A stretch of DNA of 64,000 nt. It comes from Lingula anatina (lineage: Eukaryota > Animalia > Brachiopoda). This document shows positions 49,268 through 63,514 of the stretch, piece by piece. The notes under the pieces were generated by a model. The model saw nothing but the letters and a program-made list of their open reading frames with translations, was not told the DNA's origin and made no database searches. The first letter of the stretch is position 1; the number at the start of each line of letters is the position of its first letter. A program made the position numbers and the translations under genes. The stretch lies in contig CM120647.1 in the NCBI GenBank assembly GCA_051362555.1, positions 7,068,001 through 7,132,000 of the forward strand. The letters run 5' to 3'.

Positions 49268-49853
49268 CTTGTGTTGTTGTGATAAATAGAACCGAATGAA
49301 ATGGCTGCCATGTGGTCCCTGTGCATATCAATTAATAATATTGAGACCTGCAGTTATAATTCACAGAACTATGCTGAACAAGATATACAGGATCGACGTA
49401 TTTCCTTAAAAATGATACTACCAATATCACAATAGCATACAATACTGGGAGACCTACGTTTGTAGGTGCATCTTGATGTATCGATGTATTGTTGAAAATA
49501 TTGGTAAGGATATTGTAGCATCCATGAATGACAGTATTAGGAGGAGAAACCGTTTATACTAGACGCTGATCCTGAAAAGAAGCTTACAAAGTAAATTATC
49601 ATTTTTCTCTTGGATTGCACATTTAGGGATTTTATTTGAAGTAATGTTGTCTGTTTATTCCCGATATTTGGGGTTAAAATCGTTTTAGAATTTAATAATT
49701 GTCATTTTAAAATGGACAGCTAAGCTAACATGTCCATTTTTCGCACCATAAGTTTTATAGGATGGCCACCCTGAAATAAACCGTCATGCATTTGTCTAAC
49801 ATAACACAGTGACAAACCGAGTATAGATTACCGAGGAAATTAAAAAAACATAA

Positions 49854-50148
49854 CCCGCACGAAAGTGCAGTAGTATCGAAGTAGCAAAGAAGCATTAACG
49901 AAGAAGTGGTGTGGAGCATATTTGCAGTAGAAATGCAATATAACTTACTGCAATTCTACTCCAAAAAGTACATAGGTTTTTACAGAGAGGAGCATTAATG
50001 CAGTAGACTAGCAGCATGGATAGAAGCATGCCTCAAATATGCTAATTAGCTATCAAATCGAAGCAGATTTGAGGCATGTTTGCAGTATGATTGCAGTATG
50101 ATTGCAGTAGTCTATTGCGCTGGAGTATCTACTGCGTTTTCGTGCGGG
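49854..50148. mobile_element. MITE
   Basis: TIRs CCCGCACGAAAGTGCAGTAG / CTACTGCGTTTTCGTGCGGG. Only the first ~50 bp survive in copy 1 (14294-14346). Confidence 0.7.
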
Positions 50149-50283
50149 AATAGCAGGGTTGCAGCATCTACACTTGGGTTGTTTTCTTTATACATGTACG
50201 TTCAAAGCAAGTGTGGTAAAGCTCTGGGCAAAAAGTGGCAACAGGGTAAAGTGATAAATAGGCGAATACAACTAGCTGTTGTA

Positions 50284-52032
50284 TTTTTTTCTGGGGGGAG
50301 GTCAATGTGTTAAAATTTGTCCTTATCCGCTTAAATTGTATGGAAATAAACATTTCAATACTAAATAATGCTGACGCATCATTTATACAGCGGGGTGTAT
50401 TTCTTCAAACGGGTTTATGGCATACTATCTGCAGCGTTTTGGGATGATATCATAATATCGCTTTCAAACAGGTCTCCTTCACATGACTAACACTATTGTT
50501 TACGCCTATTCAATCACATCAGAAAAGACTATGCTCTGGTGACGGGGAATATTGGAGGGAGAGCGTGTATTTTTCAGGTGTTTACTTTTTTATTGCACTA
50601 TGCATTCAAGCTATCAAAATTACGTTATTTTTTGTGCGAGAGGAAGTAATTTTTTTTTTTTTGTGATATTAAGTCCATAATGCACTGTATAATTTAAAAA
50701 CGATCTTCAGCTTTTTTCGTCCACTTAATATGTCATGCATCAACCTCTGTATTTCTTTGAATTATAGCTTTTATATCCTGTTTCTATAAACACAAAATTA
50801 GTATATATAGTGTGGAAGCATTGTTTAAAACCCAGTGTAACAACATGCAACCATGGGTGTGACAGAGCTGTGTGTTATATGTAGCAAGGCCTCATTTGCA
50901 GTGCAATATGTAGTCTTTTTCCTTCTCATGACAGGTAGGTGCATTTTAATTTACATTTGCATTTCAATTAAAGTTAGATGGGAGTACTAGTATCCCGTCT
51001 GTTTACGTATGCATTAGGTGTTCAATATAATTGTATATAATAAACCATAGGATAAGGTTTTGAAAACAAGTTAAATCACCAGCGTGTGTCACTTATATTT
51101 AAATCCTGCGAGGTGTTTCTTGAATCATTTTTTGGCCTTTGCTCTTCACTTATCTTCACCGGCAGGTTTTTATGGTGTAAAAGTAGTTTGTTCAAATGTT
51201 TCTTTTAATTACCTACAGGCTGCCATTTGCAATTTAATGAACGGTATATATGCACTGTATATCTGTGTCCATAAATTAAAACAGACCTGAACAGTTATCT
51301 CACATAAACTGATATATGCAAGATATAAAACGTGAACTTCATAATGCAAAAAAGGTTGAATTTAGGAATTGTTGATGTCTGCTATCAGATCCACGTGTTT
51401 TCCGAATTTTTTTTTAGAAACACAAATGACTTTTTATCTTCTCAAACGATAGATTTGAAGTGTTCTTATATCGATATTTTGGTTGAAGTATGGTTTTGAA
51501 CAGATTAACCACTATCGATTATGCAGTACTTTGAGGCTAAAAACTAAATCATTTATTAGACATCCCGACCGTGGATTTTACACATAAACAGTGAATAACA
51601 ATGGCGGAATATATGTAGTGTTGCCGCTTTCTTCATCCGGCATTTGAGTCACCTTAACAAAACTTTCACCCATTTCTCGAAAGTTTTCTTGGTTATAACT
51701 GGTCATATGAGCAGTTCAAGCATGTATTCGAAGGCAAATCTGATGGGTCTAAAGTGATAGAGCGTGAATTGCTGGTCAAGACGAGAGCAATACCCTTAAA
51801 ACCAACACCTCTTAAAACTTTAATATATGTTATATTTCTTTATAAATCCATGCAAGTTTAGCATCTCAGGACCTCTCCTAGTGGAGATAAAAGTTATTCA
51901 AAAAGCCCCCCCCCCCCCCAATCGCATTTGCTTTTATTTAGAGGGAATCACCTCAAAGGTGTAAATTGTAAAGTGTTTTATTACAGATATCATTACTGAC
52001 AGAATTAATGGTTCAGAAAAATACAACAAAGC

Positions 52033-52066
<34 letters not shown>

Positions 52067-55000
52067 TTGGGGGGGGGGCAATGTCTTTAAATTTTTCCTT
52101 ATCCGCTTAAATTATATTGAAATAAGCATTTCAATACGAAATAATGCTGACGCATCATTTATATAGCGGGGTGTATTTATTGAAATGAGTTTATGGCGTA
52201 CTAACTGCAGCGTTTTAGGGTGATATCATAATATCGCTTTCAAACAGGTCTCCTTCACATGACTGACAATATCGTTTTCGCCTATTCAATCACATCAGAA
52301 AAGACTATGCTCTTGTGACGAGGAATATTGGAGGGAGCGTGTATTTTTCAGGTGTTTACTTTTTTATTGCACTATGCATTCAAGATATCAAAATTACGTT
52401 GTTTTTTGTGCGAGAGGAAGTGATTTTTTTGTGATATAAAGTCCATAATGCACTGTATAATTTAAAAACGATCTTCAGCTTTTTTCGTCCACTGATTTCC
52501 TTACGCTGGACATAATACAACTTCGAATTAATATATCTAAAATTAATTCTTATCAAATGTAATGTAAGTGGTCTTTATCCGTTTCTCTAAAATCTGCAAG
52601 ATCATGGCTCCATTTTTCATAAATCATTTATAAGAAACTTAGGCAATGGCACACAAACAAATAAACAAAAGCCAAAACAAAGTAAATTATTCAGCTAATA
52701 TTTTATGTTGCAAAATAAATCAGGATGCAAGGGGTGTCAAACCAAGTTTGCTGTTGCCTTGTTTTTAGTTGATTAAAGGAAAACGCGAATACATTATTAA
52801 TGGTTGGTATATGCCGATTATTTAGACAGGTAACTGAATAGTGAAATCATTAGAGTACCAGTAGTGTGTTTTTGAATGTGATTTGTGGCCAGGTCAACAG
52901 AAATAGTTATCGCTGTTTTGCCGTCACTGCTATGTACATGGACAAACGAGTATGAATGATTAATATGTCACACAACAGACTCTGTATTTCTTTGAATTAT
53001 AGCGTTTATATCCTGTTTCTATAAACACGAAATTAGTATATATATTGTGGAAGCATTGTTTCAAACCCAGTGTAACAACATGCAACCATGGGTGTGACAG
53101 AGCTGTGTGTTATGTGTAGCAAGGCCTCATTTGCAGTGCAATATGTAGTCCTTTTCTTTCTCATGACAGGTAGGTGCATTTTAATTTACATTTGCATTTC
53201 AATTAAAGTTAGATGGGAGTACTAGTATCCCGTCTGTTTACGCATGCATTAGGTTTTCAATATATTTGTGTATAATAAACCATAGGAGGTTTTGAAAACA
53301 AGTTAAATCACCAGAGTGTGTCACTTATATTTAAATCCTGTGAGGTGTTTCTTGAATCATTTTTTGGCCTTTGCTCCTCACTTATCTTCACCGGCAGGTT
53401 TTTATGGTGTAAAAGTAGTTTGTTGAAATGTTTCTTTTAATTACCTACAGGCTGCCACTTGCAATTGAATTGATGGTATATATGCACTGTATATCTGTGT
53501 CCATAAATCAAAACAGACCCGAACAGTTATCTCACATAAACAGATATATGCAAGATATAAAACGTGAACTTCATAATGCAAAAAAAAGGTTAAATTTAGG
53601 AATTGTTGATGTCTGCTATCAGATCCACGTGTTTTCCGAATTTTTTTTAGCAATTCAAATGACTTTTTATCTTCTCAAACGATATATTTGTAGTGTTCTT
53701 ATATCGATATTTTGGTTGAAGCAAGGTTTTGAACAGATTAACCACTATCGATTATGCAGTACCTTGAAGCTAAACACTAAATCATTTATAAGACATCCCG
53801 ATCGTGGATTTTACACATAAACAGTGAATAACAATGACGGGATATATGTAGTGTCGCCGCTTTCTTCATCCGGCATTTGAGTCACCTTAACATAATTTTC
53901 ACCCATTTCTCGAAAGTTTTCTTGGTTATAACTGGTCAAATGAGCAGTTCAAGCATGTATTCGAAGGCAAATCTGATGGGTCTAAAGTGATAGAGCGTGA
54001 ATTGCTGGTCAAGACGAGAGCAATACCCTTAAAACCAACACCTCTTAAAACTTTAATATATGTTATATTTCTTTATAAATCCATACAAGTTTAGCATCTC
54101 AGGACCTCTCCTTGTGGAGATAAAAGTTATTCAAACCCCCCCCCCCCCCAATTGCATTTGCGTTTATTTAGAAGGAATCACCTTAAAGATGTAAATTGTA
54201 AAGTGTTTTTTATTACAAATATCATGACTGACAGAATTAATGGTTCAGAAAAATACAACATAGCGTTTTTTTTTTTTATTTGGGGGGGGGGGGGAGGTGG
54301 GGGCAATGTGTTTAAATTTTTCCTTATCCCCTTAAATTATATTGAAATAAGCATTTCGATACGAAATAATGCTGACGCATCATTTATACAGCGGGGTGTA
54401 TTTATTGAAATGAGTTTATGGCGTGCTAACTGCAGCGTTTTAGGATGATATCATAATATCGCTTTCAAACAGGTCTCTTTCACATGACTAACAATATCGT
54501 TTTCGCCTATTCAATCACATCAGAAAAGACTATGCTCTGGTGACGGGGAATATTGGAGGGAGCGTGTATTTGTCAGGTGTTTACTTTTTTATTGCACTAT
54601 GCATTCAAGATATCAAAATTACGTTATTTTTTGTGCGAGAGGAAGTGATTTTTTTGTAAAAAAGAGTCCATAATGCACTGTATAATTTAAAAACGATCTT
54701 CAGCTATTTTCGTCCACTGATTTCCTTACGCTGGACATAATACAACTTCGAATTAATATATCTAAAATTAATTCTTATCAAATGTAATGAAAGTGGTCTT
54801 TATCCGTTTCTCTAAAATCTGCAAGATCATGGCTCCATTTTTCATAAATCATTTATAAGAAACTTAGGCAATGGCACACAAACAAATAAACAAAAACCAA
54901 AACAAAGTAAATTATTCAGCTAATATTTTATGTTGCAAAATAAATCAGGATGCAAGGGGTGTCAAAACAAGTTTGCTGTTGCCATGTTTTTAGTTGATTA

Positions 55001-58000
55001 AAGGAAAACGCGAATAAAATTATTAATGGTTGGTATATGCTGATTATTTAGACAGGTAACTGAATAGTGAAATCACTCGAGTACCAGTAATGAGTTTTTG
55101 AATGTAATTTTTGGCCAGGCCACCAGAAATAGTTATCGCTGTTTTGCCGTAATTGCTTTATACATGGACAAACGAGTATGAATGATTAATATGTCATGCA
55201 ACAACTTCTGTATTTCTTTGAATTATGCCGTTTAAATCCTGTTTCTATAAACATGAAATAGTATATATAATGTTGATTTGGAAGCATTGTTTCAAACTTA
55301 TATTTAAACAACATGCAACCATGGGTGTGAGAGAGCTGTGTGTTATGTGTAGCAAGGCCTCATTTGCAGTGCAATATGTAGTCTTTTTCTTTCTCATGAC
55401 AGGTAGGTGCATTTTAATTTACATTTGCATTTCAATTAAAGTTAGATGGGAGTACTAGTATCCCGTCTGTTTACGTATGCATAAGGTGTTCAATATAATT
55501 GTGTATAATAAACCATAGGATAAGGTTTAGAAAACAAGTTAAATCACCAGCGTGTGTCACTTAGATTTAAATCCTGTGAGGTGTTTCTTGAATCATTTTT
55601 TGGCCTTTGCTCCTCACTTTTCTTCACCGGCAGGTTTTTATGGTGTAAAAGTAGTTTGTTCAAATGTTTCTTTTAATTTCCTTCAGGCTGCCATTTGCAA
55701 TTGAATTGATGGTATATATGCACTGTATATCTGTGTCCATAAATTAAAACAGACCGAACAGTTATCTCACATAAACAGATATATGCAAGATATAAAACTT
55801 GAACTTCATAATGCAAAAAAGGTTGAATTTAGGAATTGTTGATGACTGCTATCAGATCCATTGTTTTTCCAATTTTTCTAGATTTTCAAATGACTTTTTA
55901 TCTTTTCAAACGATATATGTGTAGTGTTCTTATATTGATATGTTGGTTGAAGTATGGTTTTGAAAAGATTGACCACTAACGATTATTTTATATGCAATTC
56001 CATTTATTTAATTTAGTATGCATTAATTTGAAGCTAAACACTAAATCATTTATAAGACATCCCGACCGTGGATTTTACACATAAACAGTGAATAACAATG
56101 GCAGAATATATGTAGTGTCGCCGCTTTCTTCAGCCGGCATTTGAGTCACCTTAACGTAATTTTCACCCATTTCTCGAAAGTTTTCTTGATTATCACTGGT
56201 CAAATGAGCAGTTCAAGCATGTATTCGAAGGCAAATCTGATTAGTATAAAGTGATGGAGCGTGCATTGCTGGTCAAGACGAGAGCAATACCTTTAAAACC
56301 ATCAACTCGTAAAACTTTAATATAACTTATATTTCTTTATAAATCCATGCAAGTTTAGCATCTCAGGACCTCTCCTAGTGGAGATAAAAGTTATTCAAAA
56401 GCCCCCCCCCCCCCCCCCCAATTGTATTTGCTTTTATTTAGAAGGAATCACCTCAAAGGTGTAAATTGTAAAGTGTTTTTTATTCCAGATATTATGTCTG
56501 ACAGAATTAATGGTTCAGAAAAATACAAAATAGCTTTTTTTATGGGGGTTGTTAAATGAGTTTAAATTTTTCCTTATCCCCTTAAATTATATTGAAATAA
56601 GCATTTCGATACGAAATAATGCTGACCCATCATTTATACAGCGGAGTGTATTTATTGAAATGAGTTTATGGCGTACTAACTGCAGCGTTTTGAGATGATA
56701 TCATAATATCGCTTTCAAACAGGTCTCCTTCACATGACTTACAATATCGTTTTCGCCTATTCAATCACATCAGAAAAGACTATGCTCTGGTGACGGGGAA
56801 TATTGGAGGGAGCGTGTATTTTTCAGGTGTTTACTTTTTTATTGCACTATGCATTCAAGATATCAAAATTACGTTATTTTTTGTGCGAGAGGAAGTGATT
56901 TTTTTTTGTGATATAAAGTCCATAATGTACTGTATAATTTAAAAACGATCTTCAGCTTTTTTCGTCCACTGATTTTCTTACGCTGGACATAATACAACTT
57001 CGAATTAATATATCTAAAATTAATTCGTATCAAATGTAATGAAAGTGGTCTTTATCCGTTTCTCTAAAATCTGCGAGATCATGACTCCATTTTTCATAAA
57101 TCATTAAAAAGAAACTTAGGCAATGGCACACAAACAAATAAACAAAAGCCAAAACAAAGTAAATTATTCAGCTGTTATTTTATGTTGCAAAATAAATCAG
57201 GATGCAAGGGTGTAAAACCAAGTTTGCTGTTGCCATGTTTTTAGTTGATTAAAGGAAAACGCGAATATATTATTAATGGTTGGTATATGCTGATTATTTA
57301 GACAGGTAACTGAATAGTGAAATCACTCGAGTACCAGTAATGTGTTTTTGAACGTGATTTGTGGCCAGGCCAACAGAAATAGTTACCGCTGTTTTGCCGT
57401 AACTGCTATGTACATGGACAAACGAGTATGAATGATTAATATATCATGCAACAACCTCTGTATTTCTTTGAATTATAGCGTTTAAATCCTGTTTCTATAA
57501 ACACGAAATTAGTATATATACTGTGGAAGCATTGTTTGAAACCCAGTGTAACAACATGCAACCATGGAAGTGACAGAGCTGTGTGTTATGTGTAGCAAGG
57601 CCTCATTTGCAGTGCAATATGTAGTCTTTTTCTTTCTCATGACGGGTAGGTGCATTTTAATTTACATTTGCATTTCAATTAAAGTTAGATGGGAGTACTA
57701 GTATCCCGTCTGTTTACGTATGCATTAGGTTTTCAATATATTTGTGTATAATAAACCATAGGATAAGGTTTTGAAAACAAGTTAAATCACCAGCGTGTGT
57801 CACTTATATTTAAATCCTGCGAGGTGTTTCTTGAATCATTTTTTGGCCTTTGCTCTTCACTTATCTTCACCGGCAGGTTTTTATGGTGTAAAAGTAGTTT
57901 GTTCAAATGTTTCTTTTAATTTCTAACAGGCTGCCTTTTGTCATTGAATTGATGGTATATATGCACTGTATATCTGTGTCCATAAATTAAAACAGACCCG

Positions 58001-60682
58001 AACAGTTATCTTACATAAACTGATATATGCAAGATATAAAACTTGAACTTCATAATGCAAAAAAGGTTGAATTTAGGAATTGTTGATGACTGCTATCAGA
58101 TCCACGTGTTTTCCGATTTTTTTTTTTTTTTTTTTTTTTTAGAAATTCAAATGACTTTTTGTCTTCTCAAACGATATATTTAAAGTGTTCTTATATCGAT
58201 ATTTTGGTTGAAGTATGGTTTTGAACAGATTAACCACTATCGATTATTTTACATGCGCTTCCATTTATGTGTTTTAGTATGCAGTACTTTGAAGCTAAAC
58301 ACTAAATCATTCATAAGACATCCCGACCGTGGATTTTACACATAAACAGTGAATAACAATGGCGGAATATATGTAGTGTCGCCGCTCTCTTCAGTCGGCA
58401 TTTGAGTCACCTTAACATAATTTTCACCCATTTCTCGAAAGTTTTCTTGGTTATAACTGGTCAAATGAGCAGTTCAAACATGTATTCGAAGGCAAATCTG
58501 ATGGGTCAAAAGTGATAGAGCGTGTATTGCTGGTCAAGACGAGAGCAATACCCTTAAAACCAACACCTCTTAAAACTTTAATATATCTTATATTTCTTTA
58601 TCAATCCAGTTTAGCAAATCAGGACCTCTCCTAGTGGAGATAAAACGTTATTCAAAAGCCCCCCCCCCCCATAGAGTGTTTTCCACGAAGTCGTGTGCAT
58701 GCGCAGTTCGCGCCATTTTGTGCGGGACTGTTTTTCAGGGGGCAAGAGTAGAAGGGGCTTTCATGGCTGTCACGATGTAAAGTATATATCTCGCTGTTCG
58801 CAATTATCGGTAATGGGTGGCCATGACAACTGCTGTGTGTATAACTGCAACCACCGGAGAGGTAGAATAGACAATGCTTGTAGTTGTTTTTTTTTGTTTT
58901 TGTTTTTTTTTTTTTTTTTTGTTTTTTTTTTTTTTTTTTCCAAAGGTCAGACCTCCGAAATTGCTATGGATTAGTGCCGCTGGTCGTTCGAACATTTCAT
59001 TGAAAGATATAAGTGACAACTTCAAAGTCTGTGGCTGTCACTTCCAATCCGGGAAGCCAAACAGGAAAGATAGTATGACTATTGATGCAGTACCATCAGC
59101 TGATTTGCCAAAGTCACGCAAAACGGCTAAACAGTACTTCAAGTGCGACATGGGCCGAAGCGGCGGAGAGGAGTAGAAAAATTACTTTCTTTCATCGTTT
59201 TATTTAGAAAAGTAAAACTGCGTACAGAAATATAATCACAAAGGAATTTGATTTGTTCACTGCTGAGCTGTTGCATGTCTAAGTCTGCAAATAAATTACT
59301 GTACTAGTAAAGGCACTAGCATCGTGCCATCTTCCAATTAAAATTAATCTAAAAAAAGCTGCACATTAACACCTGAGTAAAATTAAACCAACCTACATGG
59401 GAAATGTTAATTTAAAGCACCATCATCTGAGACCAACTTATAATTAAAAACATTACTATATCACAATGTAATTAGATATCAATTTCACTGCTAAATACAT
59501 AAAATATATACAAATTGCACTTGAATCCTGCATCAACTGATCAATAAAATAAAATTCTAGTCTAAAAAGATGAAAGTTCATTCCTGAGAACCATTTCCAT
59601 TATACTGTATTCCAGTAAAACCTATATAATAGCACCATCTGATACAACCATATTTTAAAACCTTTACTTTATCACAGTTTTATTCAATATCTTTATCCAT
59701 GTTAAATACACAAAAGAAAAAATATTTTTCAAACAAAAAAAAAAAAAAAAAAGACTATTATCATGCAAGGATTATTATAACAGCATGACAATGTAAAACA
59801 CTAAAGATTTTCTCAACCCAAGATCACAATGCAGAATATTATTGCACATATTCTCAGTTTGGTATTAAATACATGTATAGAATAAAGCTTAAATTTTTAA
59901 ATGAAAACAAAAATGAAAAAAATGTTTAATAGTAGCGTACACCAACTCTGTCAAAATGAATGTCTTGTAAAAACTGGTCAGTTTAGGAACCACAGATGCC
60001 CAATGAACAGCATCAAACAGAACAGATTCAATGAAGAGATCCTTCTATGTGCGCAAAACAAAATCATACACATGAATTTTGTACACAGCCATTTGACCCT
60101 GGACTTGAGTGAAGTAGGCTAGCTATGTTTCTGATTTAAATATGGCCTGTTGTTTTCGTCTAGCTTAAAACATGGCAGTTTTCTGGTGACACAGAGTGGT
60201 CCACTGAAGCTGTTACATGTAGATTTTCTGCACATATCCATCTTGAATAATAAGCTTTCAGACTTTTGAATGTCCGCACAAATTTCTTATCGTAGGCCTA
60301 TGTCCTATGAGATACGTTTTCAGTTCTTTCTTGGAAAAGGCATCAGGTATGTCCGTTAAATTTCTATTCCAAGTACTCGTATGAATGTGTTTTCGAAAAA
60401 ATTCAGGTGTTATCATGTTACAAATCCTTGAAAATTCAGATCGAATCGAGCACTCGTCGATATGGCGTCCGTCATGTACACTCCACACTTGCCCCTTGAA
60501 ACTTTAAATCCCGCAAAATCTCGTGTTCTCACGGAGAATATAGCGGAAGTCACGTGACCGTGGAAAACACTCTAATTGCATTTGTTTTTATTTAGAAAGA
60601 ATCACCTCAAAGGTGTAAATTGTAGTGTTTTTTATTCCAGATATTATGTCTGACAGAATTAATGGTTCAGAAAAATACAAAA

Positions 60683-60718
<36 letters not shown>

Positions 60719-60736
60719 GTGGGGGTGGGGGGGGGG
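50284..60736 (+). repeat. Macrosatellite, four ~2.2-kb monomers (first internally deleted, last interrupted by THAP element)
   Basis: Anchor at ~51857, ~54090, ~56353 and ~58609. Monomer junctions are T(n)G(n) tracts. Confidence 0.92.
58673..60573 (+). mobile_element. 1.9-kb THAP-encoding TIR element, both ends intact
   Basis: Perfect 15-bp TIRs AGAGTGTTTTCCACG / CGTGGAAAACACTCT, inserted at C-AAT-TGCA of the monomer (3-bp AAT duplication). THAP ATG at 58813 is frameshifted in a poly-T tract. Convergent minus-strand ORF relic at 60258-60488. Confidence 0.85.
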
Positions 60737-61040
60737 CGTTATTGGCCCATTCTTCCTGAAGAGCTTGGCTGAGTTGATCCATATAATTAGGGGGTTGTTA
60801 TCCTTTGCATGGAATCACAGTGAAACATTTTATTTGAGGGGGTGCATGGTTTTATTTTGAATAAATTGTATAACATATGGCTATTTTCACCGTTATTTGT
60901 ATTTTCTGAACCATTAGTAATGCTAGATATGATATCTGGAATAAAAAGCACTGTTTATAACAATTAACACTTGTATGGTGATCATTTGTAAATAAAGCAC
61001 CTTGAATTGGGGGTGGGACAACCTTTTTGGCCAATGTTGC
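60737..61040 (-). mobile_element. Tc1-like relic: transposase C-terminal scrap plus terminal repeat
   Basis: Minus-strand MDQLSQALQEEWAN. 60890-61030 is an inverted homolog of 60575-60685 and of 25085-25225. Confidence 0.65.
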
Positions 61041-61373
61041 CATGCTAAAACATGGGTCTGGGGAGGTGAGAAAAGAGGGTACAGTGTAATCACATTGGTG
61101 CTTATGTTCTGTTTAATTAACTTGAAACGAAGAATAATGACTAATGTAACTTGAATGCGGAAAAAGGAGAGGGAGAGAGATTTTAATAAACAAAGACTGG
61201 CTTAATTTTACTTTATTTGATTTTTGGTGCCGTTTTATTCCAGATATTGGACATTTTCTGTTGATTGTATGTATTAAAAGGTAAATCCATCGGAGTTTCT
61301 TTAGGAAAAAAATTAGCATTATTGCAAAGAACTTTCTGAGTAATTATACTGATATATATATATATATATATAT

Positions 61374-61677
61374 CAAAATTGACTCAGTCTGACTTTGTAT
61401 TTGCCGACTAAATTAAGCAAAATACTTTTTTAATTTGAAGACCTCCTTTCAACGTACGGAATGAAATTATTTTCAACATATATATATAAAGAAATATATG
61501 TAAAACAAACAAACGTAGGCAATGGTACAAAACCAAATAAGAATGGTATTAAATGATAATTATCTAAAAAAGTTGAACATTATTTCATCCCGTACGTTGA
61601 AAGTAGGTCTTCAAATTAAAAAAAGTATTTTGCTTAATTTAGTCGGCAAATACAAAGTCAGACTGAGTCAATTTTGC
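61374..61677. mobile_element. MITE with ~105-bp TIRs
   Basis: CAAAATTGACTCAGTCTGACTTTGTATTTGCCGAC.. and its reverse complement ending ..GAGTCAATTTTG. The left arm is mostly deleted in copy 1 (21075-21434). Confidence 0.75.
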
Positions 61678-61725
61678 TGTCAGGGGAATAAAAAATTGCT
61701 TGGTTTTATTTTATTTGCCTTGTTA

Positions 61726-61781
<56 letters not shown>

Positions 61782-61854
61782 GTCCTCTGAATCCACCATA
61801 CATGTGAGAACACCTGTGTGGTTAAAAAAGAAGCCAGTCCTACATACATATATA

Positions 61855-63514
61855 CAGACTTGACATTTAATATGAAATATTTTTTTTCGAAATAATTTTT
61901 TTTTCATTTTTTTCCTATTTTGCTGACTGATGAATGAAAATAAGGATTAAAATCGTGTTTTAATAACTTTAAATTATCTCTTTGATGTCATTGTGACATC
62001 AGTTCATTGATGGAATTCGCCAGAGAAGCAAACAAAAACACATTGCCTATTCTATGTCATACGACTCCCAATAAAAGAGATATTTTGAATCTCCATATTT
62101 TCCAAATTATCGTCTGTAAAAGGGTAATACGCGTCACAAAAGACCCTCATGTCAGTTGCTAGTCACAGTTATGGTCGTTGTTACGCCTGGCCTCTTCGTG
62201 ACTGTTGCCAGCGCTCTCAAGCGGCAAGGCATTTCTTGGGGGTAGGTTTTTAGAGTTCAATCTGGAATAGCATTCCAGGCATCGGTCTAAAATTGTCCAG
62301 TCTGGTCCAGTTTTGTTGTAGGACATGTAGGCAGTTGATTGGTGAGTAATGGTCTACCGAAATATTGTCTACATGGTTCAAATGTGGCGATTTTGATGAC
62401 CAGGGTAGCTGTTCATTCCCTTGGTTCTGTAAGTTATCTGCTATTAAAAGTGCTCATTCCCTTGGTTCTGTAAGTTATCTGCTATTAAAAGTGCTCTGGG
62501 TGCCCCCTATCAAATGATAGTCAAGTGGTTCCGAGATTATTCCTTTATTTGATCTGGTTCAGGCTTTCGTCGATGACTACCATTGGTGTTTTGGCACCAA
62601 TGTGGAATCTACTCTAAATACTGACGCTGCCAATCACCCTTGCCACTTTAGACCCGGCATATGCTTCGTCGTAGGCCTCTTCTGGATATCTGTAAACTCT
62701 GTTTTGACTAATTGGGCGGTACAGGTGAAATCTGACCTCAATAAAGAAAGCCACGCAGTTTCAGTGTTCTACCCATATCGTTCATGGCCCCCAATTCATT
62801 AGAGAAACAGACGACGATGTTTTGCTGTATACATTGAGTACCTCGGAGGTCATTTGGTGTTCTTATCTGCTAAAACCAGTTTGGTGTTCGCTAAGGGCTT
62901 TGAAAAACGCATTTTAGTGGCAAATTACCCCTCGTTCTGAACAGACTAAGTGTTTTTTGTTTAGTTGCAGCAGCGTATCCCGAAAGACAGTGGGTCCTGT
63001 ACCCTGTAGGTAAAATTTTGATACATTGGGGGTGACCTCTGTGTAGGTACATCAATCTGGGCATTACTCTATAAAACTGTGGGGACCGTTCCGTTTGGCA
63101 CTATGATCTGTCTGGTTATGTCTGTCTTTTTCGCGCCATTCTGCCTTAGATTAAAAAATCTGTAATGCACTTTTTGACTCATCTTACGCACTGCAAAACT
63201 GACCGCTTGCATGCAAAATTTCAAATTCTTCTATGCAGTAGTTGCCGAAATATGGATACTTTTTCGACAGAACCAAGCTTTGCCTAAGCCAAGCTTTGAT
63301 CAGCCCAAAGGAACACTACCCAATTAAATCACTGCAAATTACATAATGTAGCAGCGCAACAGGCATGAAACTCAGTTAATTGGTATTGACACACCTAACT
63401 GCACACTTTTACATTCACAAATCTTATGTGAGATCGGATTTTTTTAAAAAATAACGTATTTTTACCTAGGTATAACTTCGAAACTGAAATATTCCATATT
63501 AAATGTCAAGTCTG
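61855..63514 (-). mobile_element. Degenerate Tc1-like element with intact TIRs and TA flanks
   Basis: TA|CAGACTTGACATTTAATATG..CATATTAAATGTCAAGTCTG|TA. Homologous to 37655-39300 and absent at the matching site (~21605) of duplication copy 1. Confidence 0.82.
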
